A stretch of 64,000 nucleotides of DNA, from assembly GCA_041583785.1 (NCBI GenBank), contig JBFHFE010000006.1:44409-108408 (forward strand), written 5' to 3'. The position numbers were made by a program, and so were the translations under genes. The stretch's first letter is position 1. Each line of letters opens with the position of its first letter. Origin of the DNA: Draconibacterium sp. GTDB lineage: Bacteria > Bacteroidota > Bacteroidia > Bacteroidales > Prolixibacteraceae. Positions 36,500-46,447 of this stretch are shown here, one piece after another. Under the pieces are notes generated by a model. That model was not told where the DNA came from and did no database searches. It saw only the letters and a list, made by a program, of their open reading frames with translations.

Positions 36500-36949
36500 A
36501 TGAGTGCAAAAGAAACCGTTAAACAAGTAATTGAAAAACACAATTTAGTACACATTGCCAGCCTCGACAGCGCGGGTGTTCCCTGCGTAAGAGGCGTAGA
36601 CTATGCGTCGGATGAAGATTTAAATCTTTATTTTATAACCAACCGCCACACCCGAAAAGTTGAACAATTTGCCAGTAACCAAAATGTTGGCTTTGTTATT
36701 GACCACGATTGTGCCAATATGGAGGCACTGCTGCGATTAAAGTACATAAAAGGCTCTGCAATTGCGACAGAAATCACTGCACCAGAAGAGATGCAAAAAG
36801 CCATGGGGCTTATAATGACTAAATTCCCCTATCTAAGTGGCTTACCTTTTGCCCCTGAGGATATGAAGGTTTATAAAGTTGAGCTTAAAGAAGTGTTACT
36901 TACCGATAACACAATTTCGTTTGACCATACCGAAACTGTAGAGCTCTAA
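36500..36949 (+). CDS. Pyridoxamine 5'-phosphate oxidase-family (general stress protein 26-like) protein
   Basis: 149 aa with a split-barrel-like pattern (HIASLDSAGVPCVRGVDY...LYFITNRHTRKVEQF). Confidence 0.6.
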   Translation: MSAKETVKQVIEKHNLVHIASLDSAGVPCVRGVDYASDEDLNLYFITNRHTRKVEQFASNQNVGFVIDHDCANMEALLRLKYIKGSAIATEITAPEEMQKAMGLIMTKFPYLSGLPFAPEDMKVYKVELKEVLLTDNTISFDHTETVEL

Positions 36950-36970
36950 ATAAAACTTAGAAGGAAAAAA

Positions 36971-36998
36971 GGCCGTTCAAAAATAATTTTGAACGGCC
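36971..36998. terminator. Bidirectional terminator between convergent genes
   Basis: ggccgttcaaaa-ataa-ttttgaacggcc, flanked by A-run/T-run. Confidence 0.75.
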
Positions 36999-37034
36999 TT
37001 TTTCGTTAATGCTTTACGGTATAACCCATCGTTA

Positions 37035-39398
37035 TTACAAGCTACCCAGTTTTATTCCGAAATAAATCGTACGCGGATTAATTGGCCCGTACACATAAGC
37101 AGGGTCGCGATCAACACCTGAATCGAAATCATCCTGATAGCTGTTAAGTATATTTTTAACGCCACCATTTAGCTGCAATTTCATGTTGTCGGTAATCCGC
37201 AAATCGTAGCTTAATTTTATTCCTGCATCAAAAAAAGAATCGCTTTCCCGCAATTCGCCTTCATCGGGGTTGGCAATCGTATTTCCAAAATAAGGCACCA
37301 GCATACTTCCGGTGTAATTCCCGGTAAACGATACATTTAAACGTGGCGTAGGAATATAATTCATACTTAAATAGCCATAAGTATTTGGCGTTCTAAAGAA
37401 TCGCCTTTCATCAAATTCCTGGGCATCTTCGTATTCACTTTTCTGAAGTGTTAATCCCGACTGTAATTGTATTTTTTGTGATGGAGAAGCGTTGAATTCG
37501 AGGTTAATTCCGGCAACTGTTGCGCCACCTTCAGCATTAACGCGAGTATAAACTACGGTTCCATCTTCGTCGGCTTCACCGTATTCATTAACAAAAGGAT
37601 CGATTAACTGAGTATAAAACCCTTCCATTAAAATTTGGTATTGCCAAGTCCCCGAATGGTTCGAGTAATCGAGCGATGCAGTTAAACTGTTTGACGATTC
37701 CTGGGTTAGATCGGGATCATTCTCATGAATTACGGTACGAGCTGCTGATGCTTCAATGTGCAAATCCTCATCGAAAATCTGAGGAGCACGGAATCCACGG
37801 CCATAGCTGGTTCTAAACTGCAAATCAGGAGATAAATTATAAAGTAAACTTACACGTGGACTTAGTACATCGCCTGAAACATCACCGTCATCATCCGCTG
37901 CATCTTCAATATTATAATGGTCGAAACGTAAACCAACACTAAATACCATTTTCCGGGTTTTCCACTCCGACTGCAAAAATGCTCCACTAATTGATAAAGT
38001 CTGGTCGGCAACAAGCGTATTATCGTAATATATATCTTCTGCCCTGTCGTAATATCCTAGCTTTTCATCTTTTAGCCGGCTTCCGTTCGTTTCAATCCCA
38101 CTGGTAAATGTTGCCGGAGCAAATAGAAAAAGATCACTGTTTCTGATGTATTCCATCCCCACAACATAGGTAAGGTCTTCTGTAGTTCCGTATGCCGACA
38201 AATCCTGTTCTGCGCCATAGTACGAGTCGCGGTTAACTCCTTGCATAGATGCGTAGGCCGAGAATTTGTCACTCTCGCGTAGCAATAAGCTAAAATTAAG
38301 CGCTCCCGAATTAATTTCGTGCTCCACACTTTCTGCAATATCTGCCTCATGTTCAGGCAAATCGAAATCATTTCCTCCTCTACGGGATTCATTAATATTG
38401 AAATAATCAAGCGTTAGTTTTCCGCGACTGGCAATACGCTGATAAAAGCGAGCACCCAAAGTTGCATTGTTAATGGTAGAAAGTTCTGAATAACCATCGC
38501 CATTGGCATCGAAAGGATCGCGTTTACGATGGAAGCCAAATATGCTCATTCCGGTTTTATAGTCGTCGCTTACAAATGAGCCGTTTAAATTCATATTATA
38601 ATCGTAGGCGGCATCGTAATCGTTTCCAAGCCCCACAAAACTATTCGACACCGAAGCCTCAAACACATTCGAGATTGGGTCTTTTGTTATTAAGTTTATA
38701 GTACCGGCAATGGCATTACTTCCATACATCGAAGAACCGCCACCACGAATTACTTCTACTCTTTCTATCATATTGGCAGGAATTAACTCAAGCCCGTAAA
38801 CCCCGGCCAAGCCACTAAATACGGGTCGTGAATTAATTAAGATTTGAGAATACGGCCCTTCCAAACCATTCATTCTAACTTGCGAAAATCCACAGTTCTG
38901 ACAATTATTCTCCATACGCAATCCCGGAGAGAAATTCAATCCTTCGCTAAGGGTTACACTTTGTACGCGTTCGAATAATTTGGGATTAATACTGTTAACA
39001 ATGGTAGGAGTTTCTTTACGACTTTTCGCATTTCGGTCGGCAGAAATTACCACTTGCTCCAAACCAATAACATCGGGGTTTAGTTCGAGCAAAAGAGTTA
39101 CACTTTCTTTAGCTTTTAAAACAACTTCCTTTTCCAGCGTTTCGTACCCAATGGCAGAAATCAGCAGTGTTTGTTTTCCTACCGGCAAATTCGTCATTTT
39201 AAAATGCCCGGTTGCATCGGCAGCCGTTCCTATTGTAGTTCCTTTAATGGTTACGGTGGCAAACGGAATGTGTTCTTCTCCCGACTTTACATCGCCAAAA
39301 AGCATGGCATCGGTTTTTGATTTTTTGTCGTCGTTTTCTTCGGCATCAACAAAAGTTACGCCGGTTAATAGTACAAAAAGTGCTAATATCAGTTTCAT
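37035..39398 (-). CDS. TonB-dependent receptor (CarboxypepD_reg + plug + barrel)
   Basis: 787 aa. Plug motifs (IERVEVIRGGGSSMYGSNAIAGTINLITK) and a barrel region. Confidence 0.85.
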   Translation of the reverse strand: MKLILALFVLLTGVTFVDAEENDDKKSKTDAMLFGDVKSGEEHIPFATVTIKGTTIGTAADATGHFKMTNLPVGKQTLLISAIGYETLEKEVVLKAKESVTLLLELNPDVIGLEQVVISADRNAKSRKETPTIVNSINPKLFERVQSVTLSEGLNFSPGLRMENNCQNCGFSQVRMNGLEGPYSQILINSRPVFSGLAGVYGLELIPANMIERVEVIRGGGSSMYGSNAIAGTINLITKDPISNVFEASVSNSFVGLGNDYDAAYDYNMNLNGSFVSDDYKTGMSIFGFHRKRDPFDANGDGYSELSTINNATLGARFYQRIASRGKLTLDYFNINESRRGGNDFDLPEHEADIAESVEHEINSGALNFSLLLRESDKFSAYASMQGVNRDSYYGAEQDLSAYGTTEDLTYVVGMEYIRNSDLFLFAPATFTSGIETNGSRLKDEKLGYYDRAEDIYYDNTLVADQTLSISGAFLQSEWKTRKMVFSVGLRFDHYNIEDAADDDGDVSGDVLSPRVSLLYNLSPDLQFRTSYGRGFRAPQIFDEDLHIEASAARTVIHENDPDLTQESSNSLTASLDYSNHSGTWQYQILMEGFYTQLIDPFVNEYGEADEDGTVVYTRVNAEGGATVAGINLEFNASPSQKIQLQSGLTLQKSEYEDAQEFDERRFFRTPNTYGYLSMNYIPTPRLNVSFTGNYTGSMLVPYFGNTIANPDEGELRESDSFFDAGIKLSYDLRITDNMKLQLNGGVKNILNSYQDDFDSGVDRDPAYVYGPINPRTIYFGIKLGSL

Positions 39399-39727
39399 AT
39401 GATTATGACTGTTAATTTATAAGGGATCATATGGAAGTCGCACTTTAATCAGGCGCTATAGCGCGCAATTTCCCATCCGACTTTCATTTGATTATACTTA
39501 AAAGTATCCTGTGAGACTTATCCTGCTTCCAATTTGAGAACAAAACACCGTATTGGATATGCCGATTCTTTCTTGTTTGCAAAGGGCAAAAAGAATCAAT
39601 TTACATGCGGCATTTTTTAATCAATTTGGCATACGTCATTCAGACAGGTCTCTGACGAATACATAAATCTGTTAATAATGCTTTAAACATTTAATTTGAG
39701 TAAGGGGCCTAAAATATGTAGAAAGCG

Positions 39728-40084
39728 TTAAGCGGGTGGACCCCGAGGAACCGGTTTTAGAAATACCGGAGCAGTATAATTGTGATTATAATACTGGAAA
39801 TAACTATGGTGTTGCTCGCAAAGATTGACATGTAATTCTGTCAACTCAGGTACATCGTAAAAATCGAGATGTAACGAACAGAACAAACAAATTTCCGTTT
39901 TTGTGTGGTCGTGTTGATTTATTGGAATGTCGCCCGAGGTATCAACCGGGTGCGAGTGGGTAACAACAATACCATTGGCATAAACGTGCGTATGTTTATT
40001 TTGTATTGAACTATGAACGATATACAAGTATACCGGCAGAACAAAAACAAACAGAAAATTGGTATGTCGCCTAATGAATTCCAT
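39728..40084 (-). CDS. His-rich small membrane protein upstream of the TBDR
   Basis: 118 aa with one TM segment. Contains the His clusters NKHTHVY, THSHPVD, NQHDHTK and EQHHSY, plus CLFC. A TAGATTTG -7 box lies at 40102-40109. Confidence 0.55.
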   Translation of the reverse strand: MEFIRRHTNFLFVFVLPVYLYIVHSSIQNKHTHVYANGIVVTHSHPVDTSGDIPINQHDHTKTEICLFCSLHLDFYDVPELTELHVNLCEQHHSYFQYYNHNYTAPVFLKPVPRGPPA

Positions 40085-40163
40085 TTACTAATTAAGAGCC
40101 GCAAATCTAGCAATCTTTATTCAATCTAAATAAGAATTTTATTAGTTTTGAAAAAAATTAACA

Positions 40164-40547
40164 ATGGGTAAACGACGACCTACATTTAAGATTTACAGTT
40201 ACGGAGAATATTCTCAATGGGATCGTAACAGCCGTAAAATACCTAAGATTATAGACTTTACGAACGAAATCAAAGCACATATTGGCACTGAATTTGGCTA
40301 CGTGCTCCACATTAAAAACGGGAAAGGAGAAAAAATAGATTTTTGCATCGATCATCCGCCATTTAAAGATGACCAGGGAAACATTCGGCCACCTTTTACC
40401 GGCGAACAATTTATACGCACAAACGATTTTGAGTTTTATTTGGGCGATTGCATTTGGGAACCTCTTGATGACAAACTTGGAAAATGGGAACTCACCACTT
40501 TTTACAATGGAAAAGTGATTGCAAAAAAAAGCTTTATCCTGAAATAG
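40164..40547 (+). CDS. DUF3859-like protein
   Basis: 127 aa: KIYSYGEYSQWDRNS..GTEFGYVLHIKNGKG...HPPF..G. The family assignment is from memory of the motif pattern. Confidence 0.5.
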   Translation: MGKRRPTFKIYSYGEYSQWDRNSRKIPKIIDFTNEIKAHIGTEFGYVLHIKNGKGEKIDFCIDHPPFKDDQGNIRPPFTGEQFIRTNDFEFYLGDCIWEPLDDKLGKWELTTFYNGKVIAKKSFILK

Positions 40548-40552
40548 CTTTA

Positions 40553-40846
40553 CTAAGCTACTTTTTTTACTTCTTGCGAAAGTTTCTCCAGAGCACCATC
40601 GGCAGCAGCCAACATATCTTTCACCAAATCTTTGTAATATCTCTTTATCAGTTTCGGATTATCTTTCCCGTCGGGGTGCATGGCACGTAATCTCAGTTCG
40701 CGATGCGATTGAATTATCTTGCCGGCAATCTCATAAACGGCTTTCTCGTCAACTTTAGAATTATATTCCAACACATAAAAACAGTCGCTAAGGGCTAATG
40801 ACATAATTAAGTCAATATCCTTTTTTATACCTCTTACACTTGCCAT
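40553..40846 (-). CDS. Hypothetical protein (97 aa)
   Basis: Clean ORF in a compact gene arrangement. No recognisable motif. Confidence 0.45.
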   Translation of the reverse strand: MASVRGIKKDIDLIMSLALSDCFYVLEYNSKVDEKAVYEIAGKIIQSHRELRLRAMHPDGKDNPKLIKRYYKDLVKDMLAAADGALEKLSQEVKKVA

Positions 40847-40912
40847 ATTTCGTAATATTTGTTTGATTAAAGTTAGAAAATAATTACAATTTGCGAACTA
40901 CCTTCTCTTATG

Positions 40913-42826
40913 TTATTCATTATTGCCCGAGCGGAATGGGCTGGTTTTTTGCTCTTTTTGTTTTTCCTTGCGCGCTTTTTCAGCTGCTTCTTTTCTTTTC
41001 TGTTCTTCAAGTTCCTCATCCCGAACATCTTTATCAAAAGTATTGTCGGGTGTTAAATCCCACTTGTGCTTTTCAGTCCAGTTCGATCGTAATTTTATAA
41101 CACTTGGCACATATGCAACTCGTTCGGGCTGTATTTTATCCTTATAATTTCCGGTGTCCCATTCTCCATTGCCATTTTTGTCGTAAATTACTTTAACCTT
41201 GTATTTCCCCGGTGCAAGAAAATTAAATTCAACAGAGCCGTCCTTGTCAAAACTAATTTCACGCAGCACATCCTCTTCATCGTTATTTTTAAGCAATTGC
41301 ACGAGCATTGGCATTTCAACATTGCTAAAATCAAAATTTAAAGCGCCGTAGTAATCTGCTTCGCGTACCTTAAAATTCTTATTTAGTTTCCTACTCGTAA
41401 TTCCAAAAATATTCACACATGCAGCCGAATCGATGCTTATCGAGTAATTTTCCTCCGGTTCCCATTTGTATTGAATGCTATAACTACGGTAAGCTGCCTC
41501 GTTTTTCTTAAACGTAAAGTTAAGCGGAGTTTTTAAGGTATCTTCGGTTAAATACAATAAAATTTTTGTGCTATCGAAAGAAGTCACAGGCTCAGGAGCC
41601 ACCAGTTTTAAATTGCTGTTTAGCTCAACGGTCGACGATATATTATTTTGCCAGTCAAACTGAATAACAGGTTCGGGCATTTCCTCTTCTTTTTCCCTTT
41701 TTCGATCCTTTTTTTTCGAATCCAGTTTACGTTCGGAATAACGCATCAACATGGTATCCCTCTTAATATACTTTTCATTGGCCGTATCCAGCATAGAGTA
41801 GGAAAGTTCCATATACAATGAATCCTGATTGGCAATCGTTGTATCTGAAATCCACATCACTATCGAATCTGCGTTCTCGTTATATTCAAAAAGCTGCCAA
41901 TCATCTGATTCTGCATTTACAAGCTTTACACTAAAAGAGTCACGCACCGACTCGTTAAACAAAAACAAACATTTATTTCGGGTCTCCCTTTCAGCCGATT
42001 CCATGTACTGTTCGAAAACATCTTCCATAAAATAGCGCATATAAAACGGGTCTGGAGAAAAATGCAAATGCCCTAAAATCAACATCGAATCAACTCCTTC
42101 TACCATTGTATCGAGCGATTCATGAAATTCTACCGTAGGAATTACGACACTGTCAACGAAAGCAATTTCATCGGAACCTTCGTCATAAAACAAGTCGCTA
42201 TTTAAATCATTAATCGCAAAAAGGTGGTATTTCCCGGGAGCAATATTGTCAAACAGAAACAAGCCATTGGCATCGGTTTTTGCAATATAGTTGGGGCGCA
42301 CCTTATAAACTGCGGTATCGTTCAGGTTGCTATGCAACAGAACCAAACCTTTCTCAAGGGGCTCCAGGCTAAAAGCATTTACCAGGCGTCCAGCTACACG
42401 AAGCGAATCCAAAACATTGCCGGTACTAAATGTGAGCCGCAAGTTTTTAATCGGATTTTTTTCGTTGTTATCCATAACCGAATTTTTAAAATCCATCGAA
42501 TACGTTGTGCTATCCGCTAATTTTTCGTTTAACTGAACAATTAAGGTTTTCGATTTGGTTCGGATGGTAGGTTTCTTTTGGAGGGGTGGCGAAATTACCA
42601 GTGATTCTGATATTTGATCAGTATTCAAGTACTCGCTGAACGTTAGTTTCATATTCGTTCCCTTGAAATTCAATTCTCCATACTCCGGATCGGAATTTAC
42701 CAAAAAAGGTGGTATTGAATCTTTTGGGCCACCGGTTGGCATACCAATATTAGCACACGACGAAATAATTACAACCCACGCCAGGGCTGCAACAACTATT
42801 AATGGAAATTTACCTCTAATCTTCAT
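40913..42826 (-). CDS. Ig-like-domain lipoprotein
   Basis: 637 aa with lipobox IISSCA followed by GGPKDSIPPFLV (SbsA-Ig-like start). Lys/Glu-rich C-terminus. Confidence 0.6.
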   Translation of the reverse strand: MKIRGKFPLIVVAALAWVVIISSCANIGMPTGGPKDSIPPFLVNSDPEYGELNFKGTNMKLTFSEYLNTDQISESLVISPPLQKKPTIRTKSKTLIVQLNEKLADSTTYSMDFKNSVMDNNEKNPIKNLRLTFSTGNVLDSLRVAGRLVNAFSLEPLEKGLVLLHSNLNDTAVYKVRPNYIAKTDANGLFLFDNIAPGKYHLFAINDLNSDLFYDEGSDEIAFVDSVVIPTVEFHESLDTMVEGVDSMLILGHLHFSPDPFYMRYFMEDVFEQYMESAERETRNKCLFLFNESVRDSFSVKLVNAESDDWQLFEYNENADSIVMWISDTTIANQDSLYMELSYSMLDTANEKYIKRDTMLMRYSERKLDSKKKDRKREKEEEMPEPVIQFDWQNNISSTVELNSNLKLVAPEPVTSFDSTKILLYLTEDTLKTPLNFTFKKNEAAYRSYSIQYKWEPEENYSISIDSAACVNIFGITSRKLNKNFKVREADYYGALNFDFSNVEMPMLVQLLKNNDEEDVLREISFDKDGSVEFNFLAPGKYKVKVIYDKNGNGEWDTGNYKDKIQPERVAYVPSVIKLRSNWTEKHKWDLTPDNTFDKDVRDEELEEQKRKEAAEKARKEKQKEQKTSPFRSGNNE

Positions 42827-43017
42827 TGTTCAAAAATGGTGTACAAACATACAAATTCCTGATAATACTGCGTGTTATGTGTTGTTAAATAAATCAATGA
42901 AAAGTAAAACCTAACAAAAGAGACTGCCAACCGGTGATTGTTTGCAATTTAGTTGCTTAATTATTCCGGTTATATCAGAATTATTATAACTTGTTTCTGA
43001 TTTTGAAAATTAAAACA

Positions 43018-45228
43018 ATGACCAAAAAGAAAAGAAATAAACTACGTACGAAAAAAAGCAGCGGAACGTACAACAAAAAAAAGCTGAAAAATGCCATACT
43101 GGCAAGCTTATACGAAGACCCCGGGAAAACGGCAAATTACCGTCAGATATCGGGAGTGTTGGGAATTAAAGATACCGAAACGCGCAAATTAATAAATGTT
43201 GTTTTACAAGAACTTGCCGACGATGGTTATCTGGATCAAATTTCGAGAGGGAAATTTAAACTGAAAGCAAAAACAGGTACAGCTACCGGAACTGTGGAAA
43301 TGCAACCACAAGGTTTTGCATACGTTGTTAGCGATGAACTGGAACAGCCTGTTGTTATCTCTTCGCGCAACCTGAAACACGCCATGGAAGGCGACAAAGT
43401 TAGAATTCATGTGTATGCCCGAAGAAAGAAACACGATCTGGAAGGCGAAGTCACCGAAATAATTGAACGTGCCAAATCGATATTTGTGGGAACGGTTCAG
43501 ATTTCGCGCAATTTTGCATTTTTAATCCCGGCCGGTAAGGTAAGCTTCGATATTTTTATTCCGAAAGAAAAACTGAACGGCGCAAAAGATGGTCAGAAAG
43601 CCATAGCCGAAATTAACGACTGGCCTGCCAAAGCCCGCAGCCCTTTTGGCGAAATTATTGAAGTATTGGGCGACACAGGAAATAACGATGCTGAGATGCA
43701 CGCCATACTTGCCGAGTTTGAGCTGCCGCATATTTTCCCACAAAACGTAGATAAAGCGGCCGAAAAAATCTCGATGGAGATTCCGGAAGAAGAAATAAAG
43801 AAGCGCCGCGACATGCGCAAAACCACCACCTTTACCATCGATCCGGTGGATGCCAAAGATTTCGACGATGCACTGTCGCTAAAAAAACTAAGTAACGGAA
43901 ACTGGGAAGTGGGCGTTCACATTGCCGACGTAACGCATTATGTGCGGCCAAACACAATTATTGAAAGCGAAGCTCAAGACCGCGCCACCTCGGTATACCT
44001 TGTCGACCGGGTTGTACCAATGCTTCCAGAAAGGCTCTCGAACGGAGTATGTTCGTTGCGCCCCAACGAAGACAAACTTTGTTTTTCAGCCATTTTTGAA
44101 CTAACTGAAAATGCCGCTGTAAAAAAACAATGGTTCGGGAAAACGGTCATCCATTCGAACCGGCGTTATACCTACGAAGAAGCTCAGGAAATTATTGAAA
44201 CCGGCGAAGGCGATTATGCAAAAGAAATGCTTACACTTAACGACCTGGCCATAAAGCTGCGCAATGAAAGGTTTGGCAGTGGTTCCATTGCTTTCGACCG
44301 CATCGAAATTAAATTCAATATTGATGAAAATGGCAAACCGCTTTCGGTTTATTTCAAAGAAGCCAAGGAATCAAATAAACTTATCGAGGAATTTATGTTG
44401 CTGGCCAACAAAAAAGTGGCCGAATTCGTGGGAAAAGTAGCTGAAAAGAAAACACCTAAAACTTTTGTTTACAGGATTCACGACAAACCCGATCCCGACA
44501 AACTGGTTTCGTTTAATACTTTTATAAAACGTTTTGGACATGGCATACAGCTATCTACACCAGGGGCAATTGCCACTTCGTTAAATAAATTACTAAACGA
44601 AGTAAAAGGGAAAAGCGAACAAAATGTAGTTGAAACGCTGGCTATCCGAACCATGGCCAAGGCTGCCTATTCAACACGTAACATTGGGCACTACGGGTTG
44701 TCGTTCGAATATTACTCGCACTTCACCTCACCCATTCGTCGTTATCCTGATATGATGGTTCATCGCTTGCTCGAAAAATACCTGGCAGGCGGACGCTCTG
44801 CCAACGAACAAAAATACGAAGAGCTCTGCAAGCATTCGTCTGACATGGAAGCAAAGGCGGCCAATGCCGAACGAGCTTCAATTAAATACAAACAGGTTGA
44901 ATTTATGCAAGACCACATCGGAAAAATTTATCCCGGAACCATTTCGGGTGTAACCGACTGGGGTATTTATGTGGAGCTGGAAAACAAAATTGAAGGCATG
45001 ATTCCCATCGCAGAACTCGATGATGATTTTTATATTTTCGATGAAAAAAACTATGCTTTGGTGGGAAGGCACTCGCACAAAACCTATCAGCTAGGAGAAA
45101 AGATAAACGTAAAAGTTTGGCGTACTAACCTGGAAAGAAAACAACTTGATTTTAGGCTGGCAAAAGGTGAGAATGGAGAGAATTTCGAATATCAAACCAA
45201 AGAAAATCAGCCAAACAAAGACATTTAA
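43018..45228 (+). CDS. rnr: Ribonuclease R
   Basis: RNB domain motifs (DPVDAKDFDDALS, HIADVTHYV, SVYLVDRVVPMLPE, HYGLSFEYYSHFTSPIRRYPD) and a C-terminal S1 domain. Start set at MTKKKRNK. Confidence 0.9.
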   Translation: MTKKKRNKLRTKKSSGTYNKKKLKNAILASLYEDPGKTANYRQISGVLGIKDTETRKLINVVLQELADDGYLDQISRGKFKLKAKTGTATGTVEMQPQGFAYVVSDELEQPVVISSRNLKHAMEGDKVRIHVYARRKKHDLEGEVTEIIERAKSIFVGTVQISRNFAFLIPAGKVSFDIFIPKEKLNGAKDGQKAIAEINDWPAKARSPFGEIIEVLGDTGNNDAEMHAILAEFELPHIFPQNVDKAAEKISMEIPEEEIKKRRDMRKTTTFTIDPVDAKDFDDALSLKKLSNGNWEVGVHIADVTHYVRPNTIIESEAQDRATSVYLVDRVVPMLPERLSNGVCSLRPNEDKLCFSAIFELTENAAVKKQWFGKTVIHSNRRYTYEEAQEIIETGEGDYAKEMLTLNDLAIKLRNERFGSGSIAFDRIEIKFNIDENGKPLSVYFKEAKESNKLIEEFMLLANKKVAEFVGKVAEKKTPKTFVYRIHDKPDPDKLVSFNTFIKRFGHGIQLSTPGAIATSLNKLLNEVKGKSEQNVVETLAIRTMAKAAYSTRNIGHYGLSFEYYSHFTSPIRRYPDMMVHRLLEKYLAGGRSANEQKYEELCKHSSDMEAKAANAERASIKYKQVEFMQDHIGKIYPGTISGVTDWGIYVELENKIEGMIPIAELDDDFYIFDEKNYALVGRHSHKTYQLGEKINVKVWRTNLERKQLDFRLAKGENGENFEYQTKENQPNKDI

Positions 45229-45339
45229 ACGCTTTTCAAGGCGTATCGTCTGCAAAGGTAAAATGTTCAAATGTTGTTTTTCAGCTAAAATAAATAGCTA
45301 TATTTGTCAACAGTTTTTAAAAAATAAACCAATTCATCA

Positions 45340-45942
45340 ATGCAAGATATTAGCAAGAACGGCCATAAGAAAGATGCCAACCGCGAGAATATTTTGAAAA
45401 TTGCCCGTGAAATTTTCAGTAGGTACGGATACAAAAAAACAACTCTCGACGATATTGCCAATGCCGTACGGAAAGGTAAAAGTTCGCTTTACTACTATTT
45501 TAAAAGTAAAGAAGACTTGTTTCAGGCTGTAATTATGAAAGAAGTTGAAATTTTAGGTTACGAACTGGAAATTGTAATTAACCGCAACACCGATCCGGTT
45601 GATAAATTACGCGACTATATTCTTACAAAAATGGCGACTTTTCGTAATCTGGCGAATTTCTACCATGCCATAGAAAACGATATTACAGCCGTGGATTTTA
45701 TCGATAACGTTAAACTAAAATACGAGCAAGATGAAATTCGAATGATTAAACGAATCCTGATAGAAGGTGTTCGGAAAAACGAATTCGAAATTTACGATTT
45801 CAACCTGGCAGCCATCGGTATTACTACTGCCATAAAAGGTTTGGAAATGCCACTATCGGCAGGAAACTACAGCGATGTAAACCTGGAACAAAGCGTTGAT
45901 ATTATTCTGAAAATTTTATGCTACGGGATTATGAAGCGATAA
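45340..45942 (+). CDS. TetR/AcrR family transcriptional regulator
   Basis: HTH motif GYKKTTLDDIANAVRKGKSSLYYYFKSKEDL. A -7 box TATATTTG lies at 45299-45306. Confidence 0.85.
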   Translation: MQDISKNGHKKDANRENILKIAREIFSRYGYKKTTLDDIANAVRKGKSSLYYYFKSKEDLFQAVIMKEVEILGYELEIVINRNTDPVDKLRDYILTKMATFRNLANFYHAIENDITAVDFIDNVKLKYEQDEIRMIKRILIEGVRKNEFEIYDFNLAAIGITTAIKGLEMPLSAGNYSDVNLEQSVDIILKILCYGIMKR

Positions 45943-45971
45943 GCTTGAATTAAAAAATATAACGATAACTT

Positions 45972-46014
45972 AGGCTGCTACTTGTCACTCGACCGGTAGC
46001 GGCCTTTTTTTTTT
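45972..46014 (+). terminator. Rho-independent terminator after the TetR gene
   Basis: 10-bp stem aggctgctac/gtagcggcct followed by T10. Confidence 0.8.
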
Positions 46015-46226
46015 CAGTATTGTATGGGTTATTGCAAATTGTAACACATTGGGAACCCGGAATACGAAAAACCACCTCTCCGTGAACATACAAACATGAA
46101 TTACATCTGGTACATTGTGGTCAATCTGGCGTTAAATAAACGTTTTGATTATTCCGGTTTTATGAAGAAATTGTTATTCTTATTTAGGATCAGGCATCCA
46201 GCCAGAATACAAACGAATAGAAAAAC

Positions 46227-46254
46227 AAAAGGCTGCCCTACTGACAGCCTTTTT
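46227..46254. terminator. Orphan terminator-like hairpin in an intergenic region
   Basis: aaaaggctg-ccctactga-cagcctttt. T-runs occur on both strands and no CDS ends here. Confidence 0.5.
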
Positions 46255-46290
46255 AACCTAAACCAACTAAACCTAATAAACCACAAACCT

Positions 46291-46317
46291 ACCAGAAAGG
46301 CAGGTCTGGTGTTTTTC
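46291..46317 (+). terminator. Second orphan terminator-like hairpin
   Basis: accaga-aaggcagg-tctggt followed by GTTTTTCTT. Confidence 0.45.
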
Positions 46318-46447
46318 TTAAATATTTTTTTGTATCTCTTAACCTTTCGTAGCGACAAAGATAAACTTTTTTTTTAGTTGAAAAACCGTTCGGCTAATTT
46401 CTGCGCATTTCATTTTTTCAAATCCAGTAATAACGTACTTTTACGTC

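Noticed and set aside
39399-39727. Riboswitch (for example cobalamin) in the long TBDR leader
   Set aside because: I could find no B12 box or other riboswitch core sequence that I recognise. The region is kept only as an unexplained structured spacer.
46096-46377. 93-aa plus and 69-aa minus ORFs in the 46.0-46.4 kb spacer
   Set aside because: Both read straight through terminator-like hairpins and have basic, low-complexity sequences. The region is more plausibly non-coding (see the sRNA candidate finding).
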